The notes below the pieces were generated by a model. That model saw only the letters and a program-made list of their open reading frames with translations. It was not told the DNA's origin and did not search any database. A stretch of 64,000 nt of DNA from Octopus sinensis (taxonomy: Eukaryota): NCBI RefSeq assembly GCF_006345805.1, contig NC_043007.1, positions 2,666,001-2,730,000 on the forward strand, given 5' to 3'. Shown here one piece after another: positions 51,441-64,000 of the stretch. A program made the translations under genes and the position numbers. Positions within the stretch are counted from its first letter, which is position 1. The number at the start of each line of letters is the position of its first letter.

Positions 51441-53449
51441 TGTGTGTGTATATGTAAGATATATATATATAGGCATACAAACATAAAACCATGTTTTGCG
51501 TAGATTATGTTTTGGGCCGGAAATGTATGATAGCGTAAATTATCCAATTTATGGAAATATTAAGAATAATAGTTTTGCAAAAACGGCAATGTTAAACAAA
51601 TAAAAGCAAAGATAATTCTTGCAATGACAATAACACACTCGTCATCACCCAGGAAACAAAATAGTACTAAGTATTGAATAACAAATTATCCACCGGTATC
51701 TTAAATTCAAATTATCGAAAATAAGACGAAAAAATACTGGTTACCTATAACTAATGTTATACTTATTTTACTTGTCGGAAAATTACAGCTTCATCGAGAA
51801 AAAACATCATAATATCTCATTCAAAGAAAAGAAAAAAGAAAAAAGAAAAGATTCTGTGTGCAATTATTTCTGGTTTACCAATTTAAACGACAAATTAGTT
51901 ACCAATTCTTGCTTCAAAATAGTCAATATTTTCCAACATTCATTCGTTGTTCTATATTTATATGCGATGCGTCATTCTTGTTTTAAAATGTGTATTTGGG
52001 GTGCATTTACAGTTTCAGTGTTAATGTAAACATATGCCATTGTTGCATGAGGATAAATTTACGAATGTACGAACACAGTGCCACAGTACACGTTCGTAGT
52101 TATGTGATATTAGAAAATTTTATGATTTCACATCTCCTTTTTGAGGAGCAGCTTGCTGCATCGTACATAATCAACGGTGTTGGAGAGTATAATAATAAAA
52201 GTTGTAAGTGAGAGAATTTATCTCACTGGATGCTTTGTGAATATTGAAAATGGTTACTAGTATCATGATGAATCACCCTAGGTATCAAATCACTGACACC
52301 ATGATTACTGCTCAATGCTCTGTGAACACTGAAAAGACTGCAAGACGTGACATAGACAGTTGCAACAGAGACTACGCAACCGTGGGTCAGCAGGAAGGGG
52401 CACGTCAGGCGTGCAGACTGCATTGCATTCTGTAATGCTTCTATGCATCTTTTAACATGGTCTTAGATTCAATTGAGACGGCTCTGTGAAGCTAATGGGG
52501 ACAGTGTTCAAATCCTACTCTTAATGCAGTCCTTGTAGTCCTTGTACCTTCTAATTTGTTTGTGCTAAAGACGATTTCCATTGCACTGCTCACCGTAAGG
52601 CAGCCAGTTTTGGAACCCGTAAAGCAGCCTGCTTTGGAACCCGATTACCTTCCAAACACACATGGCCCGCTCAGCCATTTGTGTAGATATGGCTAGTTCT
52701 TGTACACTCCGCCTCTGCAAGGACCTCTATATCATGTGCTATACTTTACCACTTGATGGGTATGTCAACCGTTTAAAATGCCTTCGAAGATCAACTATAT
52801 GCAGCGCCCGTCATTTCTCGACCGGGTAATTCCATCTGTGTAGTGTGTTAAATGTTTTGCAAATCGATTTCGGGGTTGAAGAGACAAATGTCGGTTAACA
52901 TCATATGCCCCATAACAGAAATGGAAATAATCGATTCCCCAACATTGTTATATATCACTCAATATAAAATGGAACACCTCTGTAACAAGCAACTAATGGC
53001 TAGAAAATTTGCCTATTGCAACGTGATAAAGAAGAACTGCAAATCCGACATTAATGATAAATTGATGAACTTCACCCCACTGGCTTCACCCCGTAAACTG
53101 CAAATAAAAGCAGTGACTGTAGAGCCAGAACAACAAAGAAAACTGCAGTAACGAATGAGTATAAACAAAATGAATATGGAAATAGAACTTCTAAGATTAC
53201 GACCTTAGGTCAATGAAAACAAATATAAAGAGATTGATTAATAAATGGAAGAAGCGTGTATCAAATAAAACATAAGGGCTACACTTACAAAACGCTTTGG
53301 AATTCTAGAAAGCATATTGTGCAAACGCAGAATCCGTGGCCTTGTAATTATGGTAAAGAAATAATGATAATAAATTATAAAAAGGAGTTTAAGAAATAAC
53401 ATGATTCAAACAACTCATTCGTCAGGAAACTCAACAAAAAACAACGTTT

Positions 53450-54240
53450 TAGGATAGAGTATGACCGCTAAACATATGCTCAACATACCAAAGACTAGCA
53501 AGAACGTTTCTCGTTTCAAAACAAATAGAAATGGAAAATACACCACCAAAATTATACCCATGGCAATCGATTTCACTAATGAACCAAATTCTGTGAAAGC
53601 TACAAGGAACAACCTTGTAACAAAAATCAGCCGAATCCCAGAAAGAATAATAAACATGAAGTTCCCCGCGAAAGAAACATTTAACAGGAAAATTCGCACC
53701 AATAATTAATCAGCAGAGAATACTAATATTGCCTTAAAATGTGGACTGAACTCAATAAATCAACTCAAAAGGGAACAACAGTTAAAGCTAATGAGGGGTA
53801 TAACAGCTGTTTTTGTTTAGATCGAACACAGATGCGCAAGGGAAACAAGATTTCCACTGAACAGGAGAAACCAAAGGTCACTAACCTAGGACCCCAGTGA
53901 AGGAAATGCAAATGAACATTTTGAGTATGGGACACACTAACTCTCCAAAAATCCATGTTTCCTGGGGAAAAATTGACACGTTGTTCTACAGAAAACCCTC
54001 TTGCCGGGAGCTCTTTGTCCACTATAAATCGGCCTTCCCTATCCCGACTAAGATGAACTATGCACGTAAAGAAATCGCGCAGATATGCAAAAGATGCAGT
54101 AAAAACACCAGTCGGGACGCACATGATACTGAGATCCTAAAGATACTTGGGGCCAACGTAAGTCTCCTATGTCCGTCATTAACTCTATACAGGAACACAA
54201 GCCAGCTAAACGTGTTTATGACCACATTGGTAAGTAGACT
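53450..54240 (+). mobile_element. Penelope-like element RT fragment, decayed
   Basis: ORF 53897..54265 KIDTLFYRKPSCRELFVHYKSAFPIPTKMNYARKEIAQICKRCS fits the PLE T..YRKP....LH..S.HP...K......R...CS thumb motif. Confidence 0.6.
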
Positions 54241-54494
54241 TGCTTGCAGATACCTTTGTCGTTAAAAGAGAACCATTTCACACGAAAATGACCACACCAA
54301 ATAACACCATTTCTTTATTGATGATCTACTTACCTTTCCTTCTTTGTTGTGTATGCGTATTCACAAGTGTGTGTCCGTCTCTCTATATATGCGGTTTTGT
54401 AAGGGCATATGTATACGTGTGTGTCAATGCGATAAAAAAAAATGCGCAGACACACAGACTAAGAAATCCACATACAGACTCACATATACATACA

Positions 54495-54703
54495 TTATTT
54501 TACTTATTTCAGTCATTTGGCTGCGGCCATGCTGGAGCATCGCCTTTAGTCGAGAAAATCGACCCCAGGATTTATTCTTGGTAAGCCTAGTACTTATTCT
54601 ATCGGTCTCTTTTGCCGAACCGTTAGTTTACGATGACGTAAACACACCAGCGTCGGTTGTCAAATGATGTTCGGGGGAACAAACACAGACACAAACACAT
54701 ACA

Positions 54704-54739
<36 letters not shown>

Positions 54740-54740
54740 T

Positions 54741-54837
<97 letters not shown>

Positions 54838-55070
54838 TTGATTTTGATTTTTCCAGTTTCAGCTCATGAGCTGTGGCCATGCTGGGGCACCGCCATTTAT
54901 ATATATATGCGATGAGCTTCTTTCAGTTTCCGCCTACCAAATCCACTCACAAGGTTTTGGTCGACCCGAGACTATAGTAGGAGACACTTTCCCAAGGTGC
55001 CACGCAGTGGGAGTGAACCGGGAACATGTGGTTAGTAAGCAAGCTACTTACCACACAGCTACTCCTATAT
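54495..55070 (-). mobile_element. Composite SINE with long internal microsatellite and a short extra insert (~54835-54897)
   Basis: 3' domain 54495-54690, head ~54908-55070, homologous to 4385-4818. Confidence 0.85.
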
Positions 55071-55635
55071 ACATGTAAATATATTCACACACACAGACAC
55101 ACAGACGTGTGTGTGTGTGTGTGTGTGCATATGCGCGTGTGTGCATATATTTACATTTATATATCTATGTATATGTGAGTCTATGTGGATTCCTTTGTTA
55201 CTGTGCGTGCGCATATATTTTATCGCACTGACTGAAAATAAAAGTTTCTCACACAGATATATATATATACAAAAATGTCTAGCAAAATATTCTGCATATT
55301 AAGTGTAAACTAATGATACCTGAATTAACATTGTAAACAGTTTGTCGTGTCATACTGTGTTCATAGAAAGAAACACACTTGTCGCACGCAATGCTGTCTC
55401 TCATGGAAGCATTATACAACTGAACGGTCAAACACTTTTGTCTAACTCACTGTGAACATAAATAGTCCAGTCACGTAGGAGAAGCTCGAATGCATACAAT
55501 GATATTTACTACAGGAATGGTGTGACTGCTATCAAATCTCACGGGAGTGAATTCGTTAAATCTCTTTCGTTATTTAAGGGCCGACACTAATACCATTCGT
55601 AGTATGTATACATGTCTGTGTGTGTGTGTGTGTGT

Positions 55636-55825
55636 GCAAAGAGGTGCTGAAAAGTTTCTCTGAAACGTCTGGCTGGAGGCCTAACATTCCTAGTTCTTTA
55701 ACATGTCTTAGAAAAACTGAAGAACTGCCGCAATAAGTGTGCGAATGGGAGAAGGGAACGTGTTGAATAAAATCACAATTAATTCATCCTCTTGTATTGT
55801 CTTTCATCCAAAGCCAGCTTCCCAC
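55636..55825 (+). mobile_element. Short non-autonomous mariner derivative
   Basis: gaggtgctgaaaagtt TIR-like start; decayed transposase C-terminus LEKL...NKCAN..RERVE*. Confidence 0.5.
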
Positions 55826-55881
<56 letters not shown>

Positions 55882-56349
55882 GGTGTGGACGGTATTTGTG
55901 GACGGATTTATGCTTTAAAAAAAACGCTTATATAATAATAGAAAAAAAATGATGTATTTTCATAGAAATAACAAACAAAAAACTAAGTTATCAATTTCAT
56001 AATTTCATTTCAGAAAACCACCGTAAACACCAATTATTGACTTTAGGTGGGGGCGAAATCGTACTGTCTTGTTCGCCCTTAAGTTTCACAGTTTTATTAT
56101 TACCTGAGATTTAAATCTAGCATACCTTGGTTTATGGTTTTTTTGCATGGATACCATTCTGCAATTGCAGTTTCGCAAAATATTGTTTACCTGTCATTAA
56201 TCGACTTTGAGCAATAAAACATTTACTCCAATCACCATCCCTTAATATATATTTTATGGCTGATATCAAGTATATATTTTAACATTTCATAGATGCTTTT
56301 TTTTTTGCAAAATATATGTAAATAGCAACGTCATATAGTAACTAGGTTC

Positions 56350-58845
56350 AACATAGCGAACATTATTCAGCCCCAATAAGTATCAAAACATATTGTGTTA
56401 GATGCGTTTACCTATTTCGTAATTAAATCCAGTTTTCTCTTGAGGAAATTTCTTAAGACGCGTAGTTTTCGTCGACTGCAAGTATTGTTAAAAATAGATT
56501 CTAAATCCTTACAAAGCAGGAAGCGTAGTGCCCAAGGCCATATTGTCATCATCTATGAATCTTGTTTCAGGCTTAGATGCATCTTTTGAAACACTAAAAC
56601 ACGATGGTTATCTTATGGAAGCATCTCTGACAGAGAATTTTCACTGGCATATGTTATTGAAGATATGTCTTTCGTGATATCATAAGTTTGGATAACGGGC
56701 TATGATACTAAAAGCAGTTTTATAGGGTTAAATATCTTATATTTATGTAGGAGATCATATTCAGGAAGTAATGCAAGCGGAGTCAGCCTCCCAATAATTA
56801 TTAATCTGTCATAGAAATTGACAAGTTTGAGAAAATATTGTAATTGCTTCCCATTCAGAGATTACCATCCATAATTCTCACTTCGAAACAATGAACTGAT
56901 CTTCAGCTTCCTTCCCCTAAACGGTCGTTCTTTAGCTCAAACTTAAGTTCATTTATCATCTCATCTGATAATTCCCACCTTTTTATGAACATATCTACCT
57001 TGATATATAGATATTTAACAGTTTTAGTACTAATATAAATATCCTCTTGATAAAGATTAATATTATCAATGTCATTTCGAAAATGTTCAGCTTCTCTCTG
57101 AAACATAACGTTGGAAGTTTTAATCTCGTACGGGAGAGATGTCCATCTTAAAAGATCTGTTGGCATATTTATCGCTATAACAGTTCTTGCTTCGGCACAC
57201 ACTTCTATTTGATGATATGCCCCCTTTCAAATTCAATTTAGCAAAACAATTCGTGCTAGAAAGAGAATGAAATATCGATTCAGTAGTTACAGTCAGATAA
57301 GAATCTGGTCAAATTCTTTCGTTTAGGTCAACGTTCTAGTATTCACACATCCGGCTTTCGCAGATCCACTAAACGAAATACTTCTAAAAGTCCTTCATTA
57401 ATTAATTTCCTCAAGTTCATTATCACTGATGCTTTTAATGTGTATGAAGCGATGGTCTTGCCCCAGAATAACATGGCCTGGTATTCCCTTTGACAAGAAG
57501 AATGGTAGCCTGAAACTCCCTTAATCTTCTAAATTGTTCTGTTGCTTTAATCTTATAAATTAATGTTGAACTATCAACATTCATCACCTCCAAACGGCAG
57601 AAGCCATGATTGCTTCTGCTACAGTACGACTCACCGCCTTTATTTCTCTTATCAGTTTCCGTTAATGCATTAAATTTTCCAAAATTTCAATGAGTGATCC
57701 ATCAAATTGTTTTAGTTGGAGATTGCACTTTCTTAATTTTGATTTATTCAAATCCATCCTGTAGTTTTAATGTATTACAGTTACCTGACTTGCATTGACA
57801 ATTTGCGTCTTTACGTTGACGTCATTGAGTCAAACATTGTAGTATTGTTTTACACAACTTCAGATATACACGAAGCTGTTTCATTTCCAATTTCCCATAA
57901 CTTCTTCCTCCATTTAAGCTAAATTTGAAAGTGATTTTCGATATTTTAGAAAAGGTTTTACCAGACGTCAACCTTTTTAACGATGCATACTTATATCTCA
58001 AAATTAGATTATATCTGTTTTATTGCCATATGACACTGCAATACTTTCAAGCTTACACATAATTTCTATTTTTGTTCTCTATATATCTGAAATTTAGAGA
58101 CCATGTCAAGCTGTTGCACATATTCTAATGATTTGACACAAAGCTAAGATGTCTGTATCCCACACATTGTTCTCTGAATCAATCATTTTGTACACTCTAT
58201 ACTTAATCCCAATTTTATTAAAATAAATCTTTTTAAAACGGGTTAAATCTCATCAATTTGGAGAACAATTTTTAAATAAATTCGCCCATATTTTGACAAT
58301 CGTCGAAGTTTTCAACGATTATCAATTTCTTTCGAGGACGAAGCAGTGACATTATTACAGATCTCATATTGCTAAAATTAATTGTTTCAGGTTCCTGTGA
58401 TTTCACCTTCACCAAAATTTTCCTTAACAGGCCCATCAAAGATACTTTAGATAAAATTTATAAAACAAAAAACATCTCTCTGGTTAGTTTCTCAAATTAT
58501 TTGTATTCTGAACTATGTTAGTTCCTGTTGTCATAGCAAAGCATAGCAACGAACACTTTTTTTTCGATTCTAGAAATCTGATAGAAACCCATTGATATAA
58601 CATGCGACAATGTTATCGCATATTACAGTTTTTGTTGAAATACAGATGTAGTCTCAGGCAATTCTTTCTCTTGTAGATGCTTTGTCCAATAGTATTGAAC
58701 TGTTAGCCACATTACGTGATTACTGATCTCGATCAGGTTAAGCCAAACACATCTATAAAGCAACACTGGAATTAAAATGCTGTCACATTTTAAAGAATTC
58801 GTTCTGAAACATAAAACTGATGGTAATTTTTGTAAAGAACTTCTC
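56350..58845 (-). pseudogene. Decayed intronless coding region of unknown identity, possibly a P-loop NTPase-like protein
   Basis: Microsatellite-free stretch with successive protein-like reading segments (LLRKILVKVKSQ...LLRPRKKLIIVENFDDC; LIREIKAVSRTVAEAI; YQAMLFWGKTIASYTL; ORF 56903..57202; QYFLKLVNFYDRLIIIGRLTPLALLPEYDLL) broken by stops and frameshifts. Confidence 0.4.
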
Positions 58846-58910
58846 TTTTCTAGCTCTAGTTTCGACATCATCATCATCATCATGATCGTCATTGTCATTA
58901 TGATTACTAT

Positions 58911-58945
<35 letters not shown>

Positions 58946-58950
58946 TAATA

Positions 58951-59169
58951 ATAAAAAAATATTCAGACAAATACATAACAAAAACACCAGGACTTACAAA
59001 CACATATAACATACAGAAAATTGCACTACTAGGCACTGCACACATCCTACGCAGAACACTTTCCATACAATAACCATCAGAGCATCACAACAAATCACAG
59101 CACATACCCAGGCACACAGAGCTGTGCTCGGTAGTGAAGTGAAAGCACGCTATAAAAATAAAACTACTG
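58951..59169 (+). mobile_element. Short 5'-truncated copy of the Dong-like LINE inside (TAA)n
   Basis: KKYSDKYITKTPGLTNTYNIQKIALLGTAHILRRTLSIQ* and a 3' UTR near-identical to ~33438-33665 (reverse complement); TAA arrays on both sides. Confidence 0.92.
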
Positions 59170-59196
59170 ATAATAATAATAATAATAATAATAATA

Positions 59197-59238
<42 letters not shown>

Positions 59239-59303
59239 TAATAATAATATTATTAATAATAATATAATAATAATAATTATTATTATTATTATTATTATTA
59301 TTA

Positions 59304-59340
<37 letters not shown>

Positions 59341-59393
59341 TACTATTATTATTATTATCATCATCATCATCATCATCATCATTATTATTATTA

Positions 59394-59445
<52 letters not shown>

Positions 59446-59455
59446 TTATTATTCT
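59170..59455. repeat. (TAA)n switching to (TTA)n, a self-complementary microsatellite
   Basis: Strand switch at ~59277. Confidence 0.92.
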
Positions 59456-59600
59456 ATGTTTGACTTTTGCTTTATATTTGTACAAGTTGGCTCCAAGTCT
59501 CACCCAGAGACCTCAAGAGACAACAGGTTGGAGGTTCACGTTGTTGTTATGCCTAGTGTGCCATATATTTGGGGTTTTTTTGGTGTTATTATTATTATTA

Positions 59601-59650
<50 letters not shown>

Positions 59651-60545
59651 TTTATTTTCTTCCTTCTTCATATTTTCATCCATTTCTCGCCGTGTGTGTG
59701 TGAGTGTGCGTGTGTGATGTACATAATTTTTGCAACGTTTACAATTACCAAGAAGGAATTATTATCAAAGGAAGTGAATGCGATTCATCTCGTGCTTAAT
59801 CTATTGTGTATTCCTGGAAAATTTACTGAACGTAATTCTTTTTTCAAAATAATTCGACTGTAAGACATTCGTTGGCGAGCAGAGACCCAAGGCTAAATGA
59901 AACACTGTGATACAGCGAATCGTGCGAACAGAGTCCAGGAAGTCCATTGTACTTGATTGAGATTTGATAGAGACAGAACTTATTCCTGTATTCCAACCGC
60001 TGAAACATATTCCCGAATGAATGATACATAATTCATTTAATTACTAACAAGTACATTCCGATTACAAAAGCTTGTTCAGACATTTATCAACATTTTACGG
60101 ATATTACAATTTGTGTATATATTTAGAGTGATATGACATATTCTAAATTAACTAGTGTCCAAATGAACAATGGATTTCAGCGAATTAACTGATGTCTTAG
60201 ACCGTCTCATTGCAATGATCGGTACGACAATCGGGATTATTTGCTTATTCAATGGCTCAAAGTTAATATCGCCATTTTTAATGAGAACTCTCAACAGTGA
60301 ATAACAAAAATAACATAACATTCCAAATTAATAAGATACTGAAGTATAATAAAAGATGGTTGAGTGCGGTAAAATTTAGTTAGAGATATGATTTCACACA
60401 CACACACACACACATTTTTATCAGTGTATATAATCAGCGAAAATGGGGACTAGAACATTTACGTTATAATATACGTTATATTTAAGTAATAACTTTTGCA
60501 CATTCATGCTATGCTTTTCTGTTCAGAACATCATCATTATTCATC

Positions 60546-60762
60546 CTTTTTTATTCTAGGCACAAGGCCCGACATTTTGGGGCAGGGGACTAGTCGATTA
60601 GATCGACCTCAGTACGTAACTGGTACTTAATTTATCGACCCGAAACGAAAGGATGAAAGGAAAAGTCGACCTCGGCGGAATTTGAACTCAAAACGTAAAG
60701 ACAGACGAAATACTTGTAAACATTTCGCCCGGCGTGCTAACGTTTCTGCCAGCTCACCGCCT
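60546..60762 (-). mobile_element. Full-length SINE, copy 1 of a tandem pair
   Basis: Family of 22960; flanked by tcagaacatcatcattattcatc repeats. Confidence 0.9.
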
Positions 60763-60786
60763 ATCAGAACATCATCGTTATTCATC

Positions 60787-60998
60787 CTTTTCTATTCTAG
60801 GCACAAGGCCCGAAATTTTGGGCCAGGGGACCAGTCGATTAGATCGACCTAAGTACGTAACTGGTATTTAATTTATCAACGCCGAAAGGATGAAAAGAAA
60901 AGTCGACCTCGGCGGAATTTGATCTCAGAACGTAAAGACAGACGAAATACTGCTAAGCATTTCGCCCGGCGTGCTAACGTTTCTGCCAGCTCCCGCCC
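60787..60998 (-). mobile_element. Full-length SINE, copy 2 of a tandem pair
   Basis: Same family, several substitutions relative to copy 1. Confidence 0.9.
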
Positions 60999-61118
60999 TT
61001 CAGAACATCATCATTATTCATCTCTGCATATAACTGGTTACAAATGCTACAATAATGGTACCAAACACACGTAATTTTAATGTAACATCTATTACAACAA
61101 AACATTTATCATTCAATA

Positions 61119-62030
61119 TTACTGCCCTTGTGGAGCAATTACTGTCTCCACAAAAGAACGAAATTCTTTTGCAGCTGCAGCTACATCCGCCTTTTTGATT
61201 TTTCGTGTGACACACCCGATGCAGGTCTTCAAACTGTTAACAATCAAGTGTGGTGAAGCATTGGTCCTTGCTTGAAGTACGCTCCATAAAAAGTAATTGA
61301 GAAGTTTGAGATCTAGGTTATTACTGGGCCAGATGCCGGGCCTCACAAAAAATGGCATTTTCTAATGAAGGAATCTGGATAAGCACCACATTGTGAAGCC
61401 CATAGTACTGCTCCATCCAAAGTAACAAAGTTCTCTTCGGGATGTCTGGATACTCCTTTTTGCCGAATTCAAGCCAGACTCGATGGAGTGTGGACCATGA
61501 CACTTCCACTACTCTCCACGGTTCCGAACACCATCACAGAGGCAGTGTTCTTAGTCTCGAACACAACGGATACGTCGGATGGGTTGTACGCACGCACTCG
61601 AGAATTTCTGCTATTAACCTCAGCGTCCACAACGAATTTCTTCTTGTCCCCAAGCACGAGAGTTTTCCTTGCACCCTGATGCTTGATGAAAGACAGAAAC
61701 TCTGGGCATCTCTCGGCTCTGATTCCTTTGGCCTCGACTCTTAGGAGGTGACGGGCGTTGCTGAACATTGCTAGTCATGACAAAAAGGGACAGACTGCGT
61801 TTCTTTGCAAGAGTTCTCATGAATGCGTTTGAGGTCAGCGAGAAATTTTGGATTGCGCTTGGAATCGATCGAATTTGTGTTCTTTTCTATCAAATTTTCC
61901 CTCTTCTTTAAATTGTTTATACACACGTTTAACTGTTGCTTTTGGAAGTTTCGTCAAGTTCATAATTTTATTGGCAGTGTGCCCGGCGAGCGCCAAAACA
62001 ACAATGGCTGAGTGTGAGTGTGTGCGTGTA
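61119..62030 (-). pseudogene. Decayed Tc1/mariner-superfamily transposase, Bmmar1/maT (DD37D)-like
   Basis: HTH-like HSAIVVLALAGHTANKIMNLTKLPKATVKRVYKQFKEEG; DKKKFVVDAEVNSRNSRV; ASVMVFGTV; IWPSNNLDLKLLNYFLWSVLQARTNASPH. TIRs not found and catalytic spacing not measurable. Confidence 0.75.
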
Positions 62031-62334
62031 TCACTGTATCGACCAAGCCATTAGACGCTGTTAACCACCGCTGGTCACAATGCGCTTCGAATTTTGTCAT
62101 GTTTGCGCCATTCTTTTCCATCTTGCGACAATTCATCTTACTATGTTTGTGGTGGCTTTGCAAGTGCTTCTTCTCCGCTTCTTGCAAACCATATGTTAGC
62201 TGCAGAAGTCGCCCAAACGTCTCTGAACTCGGCAACCTGTTCGTCCAAGCGGAATTACTGCTTTCAGTACTTTGCGATTACATCGATCGCTCCGTTATGT
62301 TCTTGAAATTACAAAATTTCATCTCATATATATA

Positions 62335-62492
<158 letters not shown>

Positions 62493-62632
62493 GGAGCAGC
62501 TTTCCGCCCAGACATCCAAAACTCCGAGTTTTATGACAACCGAATAATTGTCACATATATATTACAGATAAATTCCTCCATTTACATAATATCGAGGTTT
62601 CCTTCATTCTTTTGTTGTCTTACCATTACTAT

Positions 62633-62676
<44 letters not shown>

Positions 62677-63223
62677 CTTTCTGTTCACCCCCATGTTGCA
62701 CTTCTGTTGTCAGTTTGTGCTTTGCCTATCTGTGTGATTAGATAGGTTGTAAATACACCTACTGCTAGGATTGCTGTTGTTCAGCATTGGATTCCTGAAG
62801 TTCCTGTCTCAATAGTTTCAAGCATAAGGTGTATACCCAATAAACACTGCCATGCTTTAAAAGTTTGAACTGAGTAATATAAGGAAGGTTTACATAATAT
62901 TTGCATCGGGCCGAGATGCAGTGTATCGGCTCGAATTATTATCGACGTTTAAATTTAACTTCTAAAAATAAATACAGAACGGTCCCAAGGAATGTTTCCT
63001 ATGATGATATTCTTACATAGACACTCAATGAACAACCACCGAATTAATGACATGTGTTTGTAATTCTATAAATTCTATTCTTTATGATATTACGACTGCA
63101 AACACACAAAGAAAATCTGGTTATATTATTGGTTACGTGCGTATATTAAACATTCATATATATTATATATATATATATATATATATTAATATATATGTGT
63201 GTGTGTGTGTGTGTGTGCATATA

Positions 63224-63263
<40 letters not shown>

Positions 63264-63362
63264 GCATGTATATATGTGTGTATGAAAACTCGTATACATG
63301 TTTATCAATCTATCTATCTGTTTGTCTGTCAATCTCAATTCCTTCTCTGTCGATATATATGC

Positions 63363-63394
<32 letters not shown>

Positions 63395-63767
63395 TATATA
63401 TATATATATACCTATGTATATATATGCATATGTATATATATACATAGGTGTATATATGTGTGTGTGTGTGTGTGTGTATGTACATACATACACATATTCA
63501 TATGTGTATGTGTGTACATATATATGCATGTATGCATACGTATGTATGTAATGTATATCTATTTGGATATGTCTATATATCCAACAATAACAATGATCAC
63601 ATATCGGTCTGTGGCAACAGATTTATTACATTGTACAGCAAATAATAACATTATAACATAGACCAGAAAGACGCCATTATTTACAAAGCTAATCTTGTAT
63701 TGCTCACCACACAATTGCAAAGTATGAATTCCATTCGATGTTCTTCGCTATTTTGGAACGTGTAATT

Positions 63768-64000
63768 TCTATATATATATATAACTGAGAATGTGTGTGT
63801 GTCTGTCTGTGTGAATCCCTAAAACCTGAGAACTACACAACCAATTTCATTCAAATTTTACAGCTGCCTTACTTGGGTCCATGTAGTTTCATGGGCAAAA
63901 AAAGTTTAACTTCTTGCCTAGGGCGGGCCCACAGCAATATCATATCTTCTCCACTATGAATCCCTAAAACTTGAGAACTACAAGACCAATTTCATTCAAA
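63768..64000 (+). mobile_element. Probable 5' end of a non-autonomous Helitron-like element (runs off the window)
   Basis: TCtatatatatataa...gtgtctgtctgt start, same style as the 43644 terminus; internal ~43-bp direct repeat gaatccctaaaac.tgagaactaca..accaatttcattcaaa. Confidence 0.45.

Noticed and set aside
52130-52760. GC-richer stretch with short ORFs and a small direct repeat (ttggaacccg)
   Set aside because: No family or consistent frame could be assigned
53415-53702. Hydrophobic membrane-protein-like ORF on the minus strand
   Set aside because: Antisense of an A-rich decayed Penelope-like region; T-rich codons mimic transmembrane segments
55879-56045. TA-cagggtg start as a Tc1-type MITE
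   Set aside because: No matching opposite TIR found nearby
60523-61022. CRISPR-like repeat-spacer array
   Set aside because: The spacers are homologous SINE copies of ~215 bp, the context is eukaryotic and there are no cas genes

Overview
AT-rich eukaryotic, repeat-dominated DNA with no confidently supported host gene. The dense (TA)n/(TATC)n/(TAA)n/(TG)n microsatellites and the tRNA-derived SINE families suggest an octopus or other coleoid cephalopod (inference). Almost all ORFs in the supplied track are microsatellite read-throughs. Real coding remnants are: a 5'-truncated Tx1-clade LINE (26538-29260) with a short sister copy (16316-16966), both embedded in (TATC)n; several R4/Dong-like RLE-type LINE pieces, two flanked by (TAA)n on both sides; a full-length irritans-like mariner (37538-38813) nested in a SINE; a decayed maT/Bmmar1-like transposase; a Penelope RT fragment; a 300-bp canonical non-autonomous Helitron; and an unexplained decayed minus-strand reading frame of about 2.5 kb (56350-58845). 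The most interesting pattern is a microsatellite-partitioned transposon ecosystem. Tx1 sits in (TATC)n, Dong-like LINEs in (TAA)n and mariner in (TA)n, one SINE family carries the Tx1 3' tail, and another SINE supplies internal microsatellites that act as landing pads. There are also six long fold-back hairpins (five abutting microsatellites directly or centred on one) and a minimal hammerhead-ribozyme-like motif. Two tandem duplications and some hairpins could be long-read assembly artefacts.
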